Origin: an uncultured Actinomycetota bacterium
Lineage (GTDB): Bacteria > Actinomycetota > Actinomycetes > Actinomycetales > Dermatophilaceae
NCBI GenBank assembly: GCA_963811475.1
Contig: CAWERJ010000022.1
Coordinates: forward strand, 20,087 to 84,086
Direction: 5' to 3'
DNA: 64,000 nt
The notes beneath the pieces are model-generated. The model saw nothing but the letters and a program-made list of their open reading frames with translations. It was not told the DNA's origin and did no database searches. Positions 1-9,411 of the stretch are shown one piece after another. How positions within the stretch are numbered: position 1 is the first letter of the stretch; each line of letters begins with the position of its first letter. Position numbers and translations under genes: made by a program.

Positions 1-271
1 CCGCGAGCTCGAGCTGGCGCCGGCGTACGCCGCGCAGCTGGCCGCGGACCCGGCGGCGACGGCGTTCTGGGAGGTCGCGACCCCCGGCTACCGCAAGCTC
101 GCCGTCAACTGGGTCATGACGGCCAAGCAGGAGAAGACCCGGGACGCCCGGATGGCCCAGCTCGTCGCCGACAGCGCGGCCGGGCGGCTCATCCCCAGCC
201 AGCGCTACGGCATCCCGCCCACGTGGGTGACGCGGGCGGCGGCGGCGGCCGAGGCGGCCCGCCTAGGGTGA
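1..271 (+). CDS. YdeI/OmpD-associated family protein, C-terminal part (5' truncated by window)
   Basis: Frame from nt 2 reads ...AATAFWEVATPGYRKLAVNWVMTAKQEKTRDARMAQL..., typical of the OmdA/YdeI C-terminus; TGA at 269-271. Confidence 0.7.
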   Translation, partial: RELELAPAYAAQLAADPAATAFWEVATPGYRKLAVNWVMTAKQEKTRDARMAQLVADSAAGRLIPSQRYGIPPTWVTRAAAAAEAARLG

Positions 272-275
272 GCCC

Positions 276-1517
276 GTGACGTACACCGGGCGCGACCGCG
301 AGCGCTGGGTGGCCGAGGACCCGGCGCACCAGCGCGCCGAGCGCGACGACTTCGCCCGCGACCGGGCCCGCCTGCTGCACTCGGCGAGCCTGCGGCGGCT
401 CTCGGCCAAGACGCAGGTCGTCCAGCCCGCCAGCGACGACTTCGTGCGCAACCGGCTCACCCACTCCCTCGAGGTCGCGCAGATCGGGCGCGAGTTCGGG
501 GCGGCGCTGGGCTGCAGCGCCGACGTCGTCGACACCGCCTGCCTGGCCCACGACCTCGGCCACCCGCCGTTCGGGCACAACGGCGAGACCGCGCTGGATG
601 CCGTCGCGGCCGGCATCGGCGGGTTCGAGGGGAACGCCCAGACGCTGCGCCTGCTCACCCGCCTGGAGCCCAAGCGGGCGCACCCCGACGGGCGGCCCGC
701 CGGCCTCAACCTCACCCGGGCCAGCCTGGACGCCGCGACGAAGTACCCGTGGCGCCGTGGCCGCGGGCCGCACCCGACGATGAAGTTCGGGGTCTACGAC
801 GACGACCTCGAGGTGTTCGACTGGTTCCGGCAGGACGCTCCGCAGGGCGGGCGCTCGGTCGAGGCCGAGGTCATGGACTGGTCGGACGACGTGGCCTACT
901 CGGTCCACGACGTCGAGGATGCCGTCGCCGCGGGCTGGCTCGACCCCCGGCGGTTGCGTGACCGCGCCGACGTCGACGCGGTGCTGGCCGTCGCGGAGCG
1001 GGTGTACGAGCCGGGCCTCGGGGCCGACGAGCTCGGCGCCGCCCTCGAGCGGGTGCTCGCCACCGGGGCCGTGCCCGAGCACTACGACGGGTCGCGACCG
1101 GCGCTCGCGGCCCTCAAGGACATGACCTCCCACCTCATCGGCCGCTTCGTCGTGGCCGTCGAGCGCGCCACCCGGGCCGAGCACGGCCCCGGCGACCTGA
1201 CCCGGCACGGCGGCCACCTCGTCGTCCCGGCCGAGGCGCGCGCCGAGTGCACGGTGCTCAAGGCGGTGGCCGCCCACTACGTCATGCACGCCGCCGAGCG
1301 GGTCGCCATCTACCCGCGCCAGCGCGAGGTCGTCGCCGAGCTCGTCGCGGCCTACGAGGCCGACCCCTCGCGGCTCGACCCCGACCTGCGGCGCGACTGG
1401 GAGGCCGCGCCCGACGACGGTCGCGCCCTGCGGGTGCTCGTCGACCAGGTCGCCTCGCTGACCGACGTCCGGGCGCTCACCCTGCACCGCCGCTGGTGCC
1501 GTCCGGCGACGACCTAG
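276..1517 (+). CDS. dgt: deoxyguanosinetriphosphate triphosphohydrolase (HD domain)
   Basis: RRLSAKTQV, RNRLTHSLEV, AHDLGHPPFGHNGE, FEGNAQ and DDVAYSVHDVED motifs; upstream of dnaG. Confidence 0.95.
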   Translation: MTYTGRDRERWVAEDPAHQRAERDDFARDRARLLHSASLRRLSAKTQVVQPASDDFVRNRLTHSLEVAQIGREFGAALGCSADVVDTACLAHDLGHPPFGHNGETALDAVAAGIGGFEGNAQTLRLLTRLEPKRAHPDGRPAGLNLTRASLDAATKYPWRRGRGPHPTMKFGVYDDDLEVFDWFRQDAPQGGRSVEAEVMDWSDDVAYSVHDVEDAVAAGWLDPRRLRDRADVDAVLAVAERVYEPGLGADELGAALERVLATGAVPEHYDGSRPALAALKDMTSHLIGRFVVAVERATRAEHGPGDLTRHGGHLVVPAEARAECTVLKAVAAHYVMHAAERVAIYPRQREVVAELVAAYEADPSRLDPDLRRDWEAAPDDGRALRVLVDQVASLTDVRALTLHRRWCRPATT

Positions 1518-1571
1518 ACTCGCGACAGTCGTCGGACCGTCGGAGCGTCGGGCAGTCGGAGAGGAGGGGAC

Positions 1572-3509
1572 GTGGCGGGTCGGATCTGGGCCGAGGACAT
1601 CGCCTCGGTCAAGGAGCGCACGTCGATCGAGGACGTCGTCCGCGACCACGTGACCCTGCGCCCGGCCGGGGTGGGCTCGCTCAAGGGGCTGTGCCCCTTC
1701 CACGACGAGAAGACGCCGAGCTTCACGGTGCGCCCCGCCGTCGGCAGCTACCACTGCTTCGGGTGCGGCGAGGGCGGCGACGTCATCTCGTTCGTCCAGA
1801 AGGTCGAGCACCTGACCTTCACCGAGTCCGTCGAGCGGCTCGCCGCCAAGCTCGGCGTCGAGCTGCGCTACGAGGACGGCCCGGGGGCACGCGAGGGCGG
1901 TACGTCGCTGGGCAAGCGTTCGCGGCTCGTCGAGGCCCACCGGGTGGCCCAGCAGTTCTACTCCGCGATCCTCCTCGACACGACGAGCCCGGTCGGCCGG
2001 GCCGGTCGTGACTTCCTGCGCGAGCGGGGCTTCGACTCCGCGGCTGCCGAGCGCTTCGGCGTCGGCTTCGCCCCCGGCGACGGCGAGGCGCTGACCCGCC
2101 ACCTGCGCGAGCGCGGGTTCACCGAGGACGAGGTCGTCACCGGCGGGCTCTCGGGGCGGGGGAGCCGCGGGCTGTACGACCGCTTCCGGGGCCGCCTGAT
2201 GTGGCCGATCCGCGACACGACGGGCGACACGGTCGGGTTCGGGGCCCGGCGCCTCTTCGACGACGACCGCATCGCCGCCAAGTACCTCAACACCTCCGAG
2301 ACGCCGATCTACAAGAAGTCGTCGGTTCTCTACGGTCTCGACGCGGCGAAGAAGGCCATCTCCACCGAGCGCCGGGCGGTCGTCGTCGAGGGGTACACCG
2401 ACGTCATGGCCGCGCACCTCGCCGGCGTCGAGGAGGCGGTCGCCACCTGCGGCACGGCCTTCGGTGTCGACCACATCAAGATCCTCCGCCGGATCATGCG
2501 CGACGAGACCGACGGCCCCCAGGCCCGGGTCATCTTCACCTTCGACGGCGATGCGGCGGGCCAGAAGGCCGCGATGAGGGCGTTCGGCGAGGACCAGCGC
2601 TGGGCCGCCCAGTCGTTCGTGGCCGTGGCGCCCGACGGCATGGACCCGTGCGACCTGCGGCTGGCCAAGGGGGATGCCGCGGTGCGCGCCCTCGTCGACG
2701 GCGCCGTGCCGATGTTCGAGTTCGCCGTGCGCACGACCATCCGGCGCTTCGACCTCGACACCGCCGAGGGACGGGTCCAGGCGATGAAGGCCGTCGCCCC
2801 GATCATCGGCTCGATCCGCGACACGAGCCTGCGCCCCGAGTACACCCGCACCGTGTCCGGCTGGCTGGGCATCGAGGTCGAGCAGATGGCCGCCGAGGTC
2901 CGCAAGGCCGGGCGGGTCCGCCACGACGACCACGTCGACCCCGCGCGCCGCCCGGCCGGCACCGACGAGGTGCCCGAGCCCGGTCCCGGCGAGGCCGCGG
3001 CCTCGCTCCCGGTCCCCGACCTGCGCGACCCCGTGGTGTTCACCGAGCGCCAGCTGCTCCAGGCGCTCGTCCAGTACCCGCAGCAGTTCGACGACGCCAC
3101 CGTCGAGGCGCTGCGCCCCGAGGCCTTCTCCGCGCCCGCCCACCGGGCCGTGCTCGACGGCATCCGGATCGCGTCGCCGACCGCGCGACGGGGGTCCACC
3201 TCGGCGTGGGTCGCCGCCGTGGCCGAGGCGGCACCGCTCGCCGTCCGCGCCCTCGTCTCCGAGCTCTCGGTGGCCCCGCTCCCCACCCGGTACGAGTCGA
3301 GCGGGCTCCCGCCGCAGCGCTACCTCGACTCCCTCGTGGCCGGCGTGCGCGACGCCCACCTCGGACGCCTCATCGCCGACGCCATGGCATCGGTGCGCCG
3401 GGTGCAGAACGACCCGGAGTCCGACCCCGCCGACCTCCGGGAGCGCACGATGGCCCTGCACAAGCTCGAGCTCGAACGCGTCGCCCTGCGCGAGAGCGTG
3501 ACGTCGTGA
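1572..3509 (+). CDS. dnaG: DNA primase
   Basis: CHC2 zinc finger (CPFHDEKTPSF...CFGC), KYLNTSET, TOPRIM VEGYTDV and FDGDAAG. Confidence 0.97.
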   Translation: MAGRIWAEDIASVKERTSIEDVVRDHVTLRPAGVGSLKGLCPFHDEKTPSFTVRPAVGSYHCFGCGEGGDVISFVQKVEHLTFTESVERLAAKLGVELRYEDGPGAREGGTSLGKRSRLVEAHRVAQQFYSAILLDTTSPVGRAGRDFLRERGFDSAAAERFGVGFAPGDGEALTRHLRERGFTEDEVVTGGLSGRGSRGLYDRFRGRLMWPIRDTTGDTVGFGARRLFDDDRIAAKYLNTSETPIYKKSSVLYGLDAAKKAISTERRAVVVEGYTDVMAAHLAGVEEAVATCGTAFGVDHIKILRRIMRDETDGPQARVIFTFDGDAAGQKAAMRAFGEDQRWAAQSFVAVAPDGMDPCDLRLAKGDAAVRALVDGAVPMFEFAVRTTIRRFDLDTAEGRVQAMKAVAPIIGSIRDTSLRPEYTRTVSGWLGIEVEQMAAEVRKAGRVRHDDHVDPARRPAGTDEVPEPGPGEAAASLPVPDLRDPVVFTERQLLQALVQYPQQFDDATVEALRPEAFSAPAHRAVLDGIRIASPTARRGSTSAWVAAVAEAAPLAVRALVSELSVAPLPTRYESSGLPPQRYLDSLVAGVRDAHLGRLIADAMASVRRVQNDPESDPADLRERTMALHKLELERVALRESVTS

Positions 3510-4037
3510 GGCTGCAGTGGACGGGGCTGCGCCGGCCGCCCGTCCCCGCCGACGTGGCCGCCGCGATCGCCCCGGAGGAGCACGAGAAGCTCCTCGCCTG
3601 GGCGGTCGACGGCATCGGCACGACCGTCGTCGCCGGGCGCCACCGGCTCTACGCCGTCGCGGGCGGCCCCGACGGTCCGCACGTCACGCTGTCGAGAGCC
3701 GTGGCACCTCGTGGATGCCGGGTTGTGGAGCGGCGAGGACGGCTCGCTGCGCGTCACCTGGGTCGACGGCGAGCGGCCCGCGCGGTTCGTGCTGACCGAG
3801 CCGGGGATGCTGCCGGAGACCCTGCGCGAGCGCGTCCAGGCGTCCGTCGTGCTCAGCGAGGTGCTCGACCTCGGCGGCCGGCGCACCGCCCGCGTCGTCG
3901 TGCGCAAGGACCTCGCGACGGGTCGGCTGACCAGCCAGGCGCTGCTCGGGCCGGGGGTCCGCGGTGGCGACCCGGGGGTCGCGGAGCAGGTCCGCGAGGG
4001 CCTCGCCCGGGTGCAGGAGCAGGTCGGCCTCGAGTGA
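3506..4037 (+). CDS. conserved actinobacterial hypothetical protein (apparent frameshift near 3700)
   Basis: GTG overlaps the dnaG stop; C-terminal frame contains PETLRERVQASVV; two frames join near 3700. Confidence 0.6.
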
Positions 4038-4114
4038 CCGAGGGCGTTTTCGTTGCAGGACGTCCTCTTTGCTATCGTTGCCGGGCGCTGCCGCGGTGAT
4101 CCCGTGGTGGCCCT

Positions 4115-4187
<73 letters not shown>

Positions 4188-4200
4188 CAACACCGCAGGT

Positions 4201-4237
4201 CAGAGGCCCTGTCACCGCAATGGTGACCGGGCCTCTG
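4201..4237 (+). terminator. hairpin downstream of tRNA-Asn
   Basis: CAGAGGCCC-TGTCACC-GCAAT-GGTGACC-GGGCCTCTG inverted repeat. Confidence 0.6.
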
Positions 4238-4285
4238 GCGTGTCGGGCAGCAGCATCGTGGGTGAAGAGCGTCGTCCGGACGAAG

Positions 4286-5585
4286 TGTGAAGTCTCGGGA
4301 CATCGTGGACAGTCGAAGTCTTAGGACATCGTGGACAGTCGGTGGGTGGTGACCGGGATGCTCGGTCATGGCCAAGGACGGAGTTGCGGTGGGTCCCGAG
4401 ATCGCGGCGCTGGTGGCGTCGTTCGCGGGTGGGGCGTCGATGAACGTCACGGCCCGGTGTGCCGAGGTGGGAATCTCTCGGTCGGTGTTCTACAAGTACG
4501 TTGCCCGGTTTCGTGCGCGGGGCGTACCCGGGTTGTTCCCGGACTCGCGTCGCCCGCGGTCCAGCCCGGCGCGGTTGCCCGCGGCGTCCGAGGAGGTGCT
4601 GGTACGGCTGCGTAAGCAGGAGTACGAGGCGGGCTGGGACTTCGGCGCCGACGCGGTGCTGCTGCGGCTGCGTGATCCTGGGGTATGGCCGGTAGGGATG
4701 GCGCTGCCCTCGCGTGCGACGGTCAACCGGGTGTTCGCCGCGCGGGGGCTGCTCGGCTCACATCCACGGCGGCGGCCCCGTCGGGCGGTGCGGCGGTTCG
4801 CTCGGGAACGGGTCAACGAGCTGTGGCAGCTGGACGGGTTCGAGACGGCGTTGGCGGATGGGCGCAAGGTGATGGTCTTGCAGTTGATCGACGACTGCTC
4901 TCGCCAGGACTTGGGGCTACGGGCAGTGGCCTCGGAGAACAGCATCGACGTGTGGGCGCTGTTCACCGACGTCGTCGCCCGGTACGGCCTACCTCAATCG
5001 GTGCTGACTGACAACGGGACCGCGTTCTCGATGCGCCGCCGCGGCATGGTTGCCCCGTTCGAGCATCAGCTCGCCGCGCTCGGGGTGCGAGCCATCACCT
5101 GCCGAGTTGGACACCCTCAGACCTGCGGCAAGGTCGAGCGGGCCCACCAGCGTGTCACCAAGTGGCTGCAGCGCCGCGACCCGCCCGTGACGCTCGAGGC
5201 GCTGCAGGAACTGCTCGATCAGTATCGCGACAAGTACAACACCCGAAAGAACACCGTCCTGGGTGGGCTGACCCCCACCGAGCGTGCCGACCTGGGCCCG
5301 TTCTCCGGGCCCGACGGTGACCTGCGCACCCGGGTCCTGATCACCACTCATCCGATCGGCGAGAACGGCACCATCGGCATCGACAACGCCGTCCTCGGCC
5401 TGGGTCGCGCCCACGCCGGCCACATCGCCACTGTCTTCCGCCAAGGACTCCACATCGCCGTCTTCGTCAACGACCGCCTTGCCGAAGACCTCGTCATCGA
5501 TCCCCGACGCCGCTACCAACGCAAACCCCGATAGTGTCCACGACGTCCTGAGACGGAACCGTCCACGATGTCCCGAGACACAACA
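4286..5585 (+). mobile_element. IS481-family insertion sequence
   Basis: TGT...ACA ends; IRL TGTGAAGTCTCGGGACATCGTGGAC matches the reverse complement of IRR; tandem internal GGACATCGTGGAC-like sites at both ends; single DDE transposase. Confidence 0.9.
4368..5534 (+). CDS. IS481-family DDE transposase
   Basis: N-terminal HTH, WQLD, IDDCSR, TDNG, PQTCGKVER (rve integrase core). Confidence 0.93.
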   Translation: MAKDGVAVGPEIAALVASFAGGASMNVTARCAEVGISRSVFYKYVARFRARGVPGLFPDSRRPRSSPARLPAASEEVLVRLRKQEYEAGWDFGADAVLLRLRDPGVWPVGMALPSRATVNRVFAARGLLGSHPRRRPRRAVRRFARERVNELWQLDGFETALADGRKVMVLQLIDDCSRQDLGLRAVASENSIDVWALFTDVVARYGLPQSVLTDNGTAFSMRRRGMVAPFEHQLAALGVRAITCRVGHPQTCGKVERAHQRVTKWLQRRDPPVTLEALQELLDQYRDKYNTRKNTVLGGLTPTERADLGPFSGPDGDLRTRVLITTHPIGENGTIGIDNAVLGLGRAHAGHIATVFRQGLHIAVFVNDRLAEDLVIDPRRRYQRKPR

Positions 5586-5624
5586 CGTCGTCCGGACGCA
5601 GGTCTTCACCCACGTTCGGGGTAG

Positions 5625-6557
5625 TCAGGCTCGCGGGTCGAGGTTCTGGACGTTGTCGCCGGCCAGCCCGGTGCTCGCCATGACGCCGGTGCCGCCGGGG
5701 GCGCCGGGCATCGCGTTGGTGAAGGTGCCGCCGGCCGAGCGCCCACGCCGGTTCAGCCGCCGCTCGACACGGCCCGCCAACACGGTCAGCCCGTAGTTGA
5801 GGACGATGAAGATCAGGGCCACGACGACGTAGGCGGGGATGACGGCCGCGTAGGCGGTGCCGGCGTCGCGTCCCTGCTGGAGCAGCTCGGGGTAGGTGAT
5901 GGCCGTGCCGAGGGCGCTGTCCTTGAGGATGACGACGAGCTGGCCGACCAGGGCCGGGAGCATGGCGGTGAGGGCCTGGGGCAGCTCGATCGAGCGCAGC
6001 ACCTGCCCGCGCGTGAGGCCCAGCGAGAGCCCCGCCTCGGCCTGGCCGCGCGGCAGCTGGTGGACCCCCGAGCGCACGAGCTCGGCGATGACCGACCCGT
6101 TGTAGAGCGTCAGCCCGGTGACGACGCCGTAGAAGGCGTTGAAGTCGACGCCGAACACGTTGTTCGCCGCGTAGACGCCGTAGGCGAAGTACATCATCAG
6201 CAGCACGGGGACGGCGCGGAAGAACTCGACGACGACTCCGCAGAACCACCTCACCGGCCCCACCCTCGAGAGCCGACCCATCCCGAACACGAGCCCGAAG
6301 ATCAGCGCGAGCACGATCGACACCGCCGCCGCCTCCAGCGTGCGCACGATGCCGGGCACGAGGTACTGCGTCCACACGTCGCTGCTCGCCACGAAGCGGG
6401 TCCACAGCTCCCCGTCGAGCTGGCCCGACTGGTCGAGCTTCCACAGCGCGGCGGCCAGCACACCGAGGGCGAGCAGGAACCCGACGAGCGTGAGCAGGCG
6501 GTGCCGCGCGCGGGCCCGCGGGCCCGGGGCGTCGAAGAGCAGCGACGGCGCGCTCAC
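5625..6557 (-). CDS. gluD: glutamate ABC transporter permease
   Basis: LFDAPGPRAR N-terminus, FRAVP, AELVRSG..GQAEAG loop, LKDSAL. Confidence 0.85.
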   Translation of the reverse strand: MSAPSLLFDAPGPRARARHRLLTLVGFLLALGVLAAALWKLDQSGQLDGELWTRFVASSDVWTQYLVPGIVRTLEAAAVSIVLALIFGLVFGMGRLSRVGPVRWFCGVVVEFFRAVPVLLMMYFAYGVYAANNVFGVDFNAFYGVVTGLTLYNGSVIAELVRSGVHQLPRGQAEAGLSLGLTRGQVLRSIELPQALTAMLPALVGQLVVILKDSALGTAITYPELLQQGRDAGTAYAAVIPAYVVVALIFIVLNYGLTVLAGRVERRLNRRGRSAGGTFTNAMPGAPGGTGVMASTGLAGDNVQNLDPRA

Positions 6558-7231
6558 CGCTTCACCGCCAGGCGTCGCGACAGGCTCGTGAAGAGCAGCC
6601 CGACCGGAAGGGTGAGGATGACGAACCCGATGGCGAAGACGAGGAACACGGCGACGCTGGCGGTCTCGTTCTCGATGATGGTCTTCATCAGGCCCGACGC
6701 TTCGGCGACGCCGATGATCGACGCGACCGTCGTGTTCTTCGTCAGGGCGATGAGCACCGAACCCAGGGGGGCGATCGCGCCGCGGAAGGCCTGCGGCAGG
6801 ATCACCTCCCGCATCGACTGGGCGAAGGTCAGGCCGATCGCACGGGCCGCCTCGGCCTGGCCCGTGTCGACGGTGTTGACCCCCGACCGCAGCGCCTCAC
6901 AGACGAAGGCCGCGTGGTAGACCGAGAGGCCGACGATCGCCCAGCGGATCGCGTTGTCCCGCACCGAGGTCGGCGAGTCGGTGGGGGCGAGGGGCACCTG
7001 GAGCACGTACAGCACACCCAGGACGCAGAAGAGCAGGATGAGGGTGAGCGGCGTGTTGCGCACCGTGTTGACGTAGAACGCCCCGAGCCCCCTGAGCACC
7101 CCCACCGGCGCCACCCGCATCACGGCGAGCACGGTGCCGAGCACGAGCGAGCCGATCGCGGCGAAGAAGGTGAGGTAGACCGTCATCCCGAACGCGGCGA
7201 GGAGGTCGTACTTCTCGAGGATCTCGACCAT
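6554..7231 (-). CDS. gluC: glutamate ABC transporter permease
   Basis: VRNTPL, EALRSG...GQAEAARAIG, LTKNTT; overlaps the gluD start. Confidence 0.85.
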   Translation of the reverse strand: MVEILEKYDLLAAFGMTVYLTFFAAIGSLVLGTVLAVMRVAPVGVLRGLGAFYVNTVRNTPLTLILLFCVLGVLYVLQVPLAPTDSPTSVRDNAIRWAIVGLSVYHAAFVCEALRSGVNTVDTGQAEAARAIGLTFAQSMREVILPQAFRGAIAPLGSVLIALTKNTTVASIIGVAEASGLMKTIIENETASVAVFLVFAIGFVILTLPVGLLFTSLSRRLAVKR

Positions 7232-7253
7232 GGGGGCGTCTCCCGGTCAACAG

Positions 7254-7301
7254 GGACGACGGATGCCGTCCGCCCGCCGAGGCGGACGGCATCCCTCGTC
7301 G
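7254..7301 (-). terminator. intra-operon stem-loop between gluB and gluC
   Basis: GACGA.GGATGCCGTCCGCC...GGCGGACGGCATCC.TCGTC inverted repeat. Confidence 0.6.
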
Positions 7302-7311
7302 TGGACGGGCG

Positions 7312-8166
7312 TCAGGAGCAGGCGGCGGGCGTCGGCGGGTTGCCGGTGCCGGGCTTGTAGCCGGCCGGGCCGAGGTTGGCGTCGATGGCCTTCTGCCACG
7401 AGCCGTCCTCGATCATCTTGCTGATCGCCGCGTTGACCTTCTCGCAGGTGGCGGTGTCGCCCTTCTTCAGGCCGATGCCGTACTTCTCCTCGGAGAACGG
7501 CTTGCCGACGACCTTGAACTTGCCCGCGTACTCGGGCTGCGAGGCGAAGCCGGCGAGGATCGTGTCGTCGGTGGTCAGGGCGTCGACGCCCTTGTTGGCC
7601 AGCGCGGGGAGGCACTCGGAGTACGTCGCGAACTCCTGCAGCTGCACTCCCGGGTAGGTGTCCTTGACCTTCTGCGCCGAGGTCGAGCCGGTGACCGAGC
7701 AGAGCTTCTTGCCGTCGAGGCTGTCGGGGCCGGTGATCGAGGTGTCGTCGGCGCGCACGAGGAGGTCCTGGCCGGCGATGAAGTACGGCCCGGCGAACGA
7801 GACCTTCTCCTTGCGGGCGTCGGTGATGGAGTACGTCGCGACGACCATGTCGACCTGGCCGTTGACGATGAGGTTCTCGCGCTGGGCGCTCGGGGCCTGC
7901 ACCCAGGTGATGTCGGCGGCGTCCGTGCCGAGCTCCTTGGCCACGTAGGTCGCGACGTCGACGTCGAAGCCCGAGTACTCGGAGCCCTTCTTGAGCCCGA
8001 GGCCGGGCTGGTCGAACTTGATGCCGATCTTCAGCCGCCGACCGGCAGCGGCGCTGCCGGACCCGGTGCTGTCGGAGCCGCTGTCGCCGGCGTCCGAGCC
8101 GCACGCGGTGAGCGTGAGTGCCACTGCGGCCAGCGCCGCTGCGCCGGCCGTTCGTCGAATCCTCAT
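7312..8166 (-). CDS. gluB: glutamate ABC transporter substrate-binding lipoprotein
   Basis: Lipobox LTAC, IGIKFDQPGLG, GFDVDVA, ATYSITDARK, TTDDTIL. Confidence 0.9.
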   Translation of the reverse strand: MRIRRTAGAAALAAVALTLTACGSDAGDSGSDSTGSGSAAAGRRLKIGIKFDQPGLGLKKGSEYSGFDVDVATYVAKELGTDAADITWVQAPSAQRENLIVNGQVDMVVATYSITDARKEKVSFAGPYFIAGQDLLVRADDTSITGPDSLDGKKLCSVTGSTSAQKVKDTYPGVQLQEFATYSECLPALANKGVDALTTDDTILAGFASQPEYAGKFKVVGKPFSEEKYGIGLKKGDTATCEKVNAAISKMIEDGSWQKAIDANLGPAGYKPGTGNPPTPAACS

Positions 8167-8228
8167 GTGGGTGTCCTCCCTGATGGTGCGGCGGTGGCCC
8201 GGTGCCCCGCCACGGTGGTGTCGGATGG

Positions 8229-8969
8229 TCAGTGGCTGAGGATCTTCCCGAGGAAGTCCTTGGCGCGGTCGCTGCTCGGGTTGGTGAAGAACTCGTCGGG
8301 AGCGGCCTCCTCGACGATCTGGCCGTCGGACATGAACACGACGCGGTTCGCCGCACGTCGCGCGAACCCCATCTCGTGGGTGACGACGACCATCGTCATG
8401 CCGCTGCGGGCCAGCTCGGTCATGACGTCGAGGACCTCGGTGATCATCTCCGGGTCGAGCGCCGACGTCGGCTCGTCGAAGAGCATGACCTTGGGGTCCA
8501 TCGCGAGGGACCGGGCGATGGCGACGCGCTGCTGCTGGCCGCCGGAGAGCTGGGCCGGGTACTTCTCGGCCTGGTGGTGCACCCCGACCCGCTCGAGCAG
8601 CTCCCGGGCCCGCTTCTCGGCAGCGGCCTTGCCGACCTTGCGCACCTTGATCGGGCCGAGGGTGACGTTCTCGAGGATCGTCTTGTGGGCGAACAGGTTG
8701 AAGCTCTGGAACACCATGCCGACGTCGGCCCGCAGCTCCGCGAGCTCCTTGCCCTCCTCGGGCAGCCGCTTGCCGTCGATGGTGATCGTGCCGGACTCGA
8801 TGGTCTCCAGCCGGTTGATCGCCCGGCAGAGGGTCGACTTGCCCGAGCCGGAGGGACCGATGACGACGACCACCTCGCCGGTGCCCACGGTGAGGTCGAT
8901 GTCCTGCAGCACGTGCAGGTCACCGAAGTGCTTGTTGACGCCCTCGAGGACGACGAGCGGCTCCGTCAT
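8229..8969 (-). CDS. gluA: amino acid (glutamate) ABC transporter ATP-binding protein
   Basis: Walker [26 protein letters not shown]. Confidence 0.92.
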   Translation of the reverse strand: MTEPLVVLEGVNKHFGDLHVLQDIDLTVGTGEVVVVIGPSGSGKSTLCRAINRLETIESGTITIDGKRLPEEGKELAELRADVGMVFQSFNLFAHKTILENVTLGPIKVRKVGKAAAEKRARELLERVGVHHQAEKYPAQLSGGQQQRVAIARSLAMDPKVMLFDEPTSALDPEMITEVLDVMTELARSGMTMVVVTHEMGFARRAANRVVFMSDGQIVEEAAPDEFFTNPSSDRAKDFLGKILSH

Positions 8970-9046
8970 GCAGCGAACCTAGCGATGCGCGCGCGCCGGT
9001 GGTAGGGCTCGGTGCAGCCCGAATGGCCCGAGACCGAATCGAGACC

Positions 9047-9379
9047 TCAGGCCAGCCAGACCTTCCGTACCCGCTCGGTCACGGTCCACACCGTGCGCTC
9101 ACCGGCCGTGAGCCGCACGGCGACCCCGGGCGCGAGGTCGACCCGTTCGCCGTCCTCGAAGGTGACGTGGCCCCGCCCCTCGACGACGACGAACACCTCG
9201 TCGACCTCGGTGTCGCGCGCCGTGCCCTCGGTCATCTCCCACAGGCCGACCTCGTGCGCACCCAGGACGCCGAGAGTGCGCACCGCGGTCGTGGGGGACC
9301 CGGCGACGACCTCGCCCGGCGGGAGGGCCTCGTGGTCGAGGGCGGCGGTGGCGACGTCGGGGCAGAGCAGGCGCGGCAT
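9047..9379 (-). CDS. cupin domain protein (DUF861/EutQ-like)
   Basis: GLWEMTEG..D.E.DEVFVVVEG...W.VTE.VRK. Confidence 0.8.
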   Translation of the reverse strand: MPRLLCPDVATAALDHEALPPGEVVAGSPTTAVRTLGVLGAHEVGLWEMTEGTARDTEVDEVFVVVEGRGHVTFEDGERVDLAPGVAVRLTAGERTVWTVTERVRKVWLA

Positions 9380-9411
9380 CCCGGCATCCTCGCACCCTGC
9401 ACAATGACGCC

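Noticed and set aside
189-3461. 1090-aa minus-strand ORF and similar long antisense or alternate-frame ORFs (e.g. 24982-27219, 28921-31284, 42919-45159)
   Set aside because: Shadow ORFs of well-supported genes, expected in high-GC DNA; Arg/Pro/Gly-rich with no motifs
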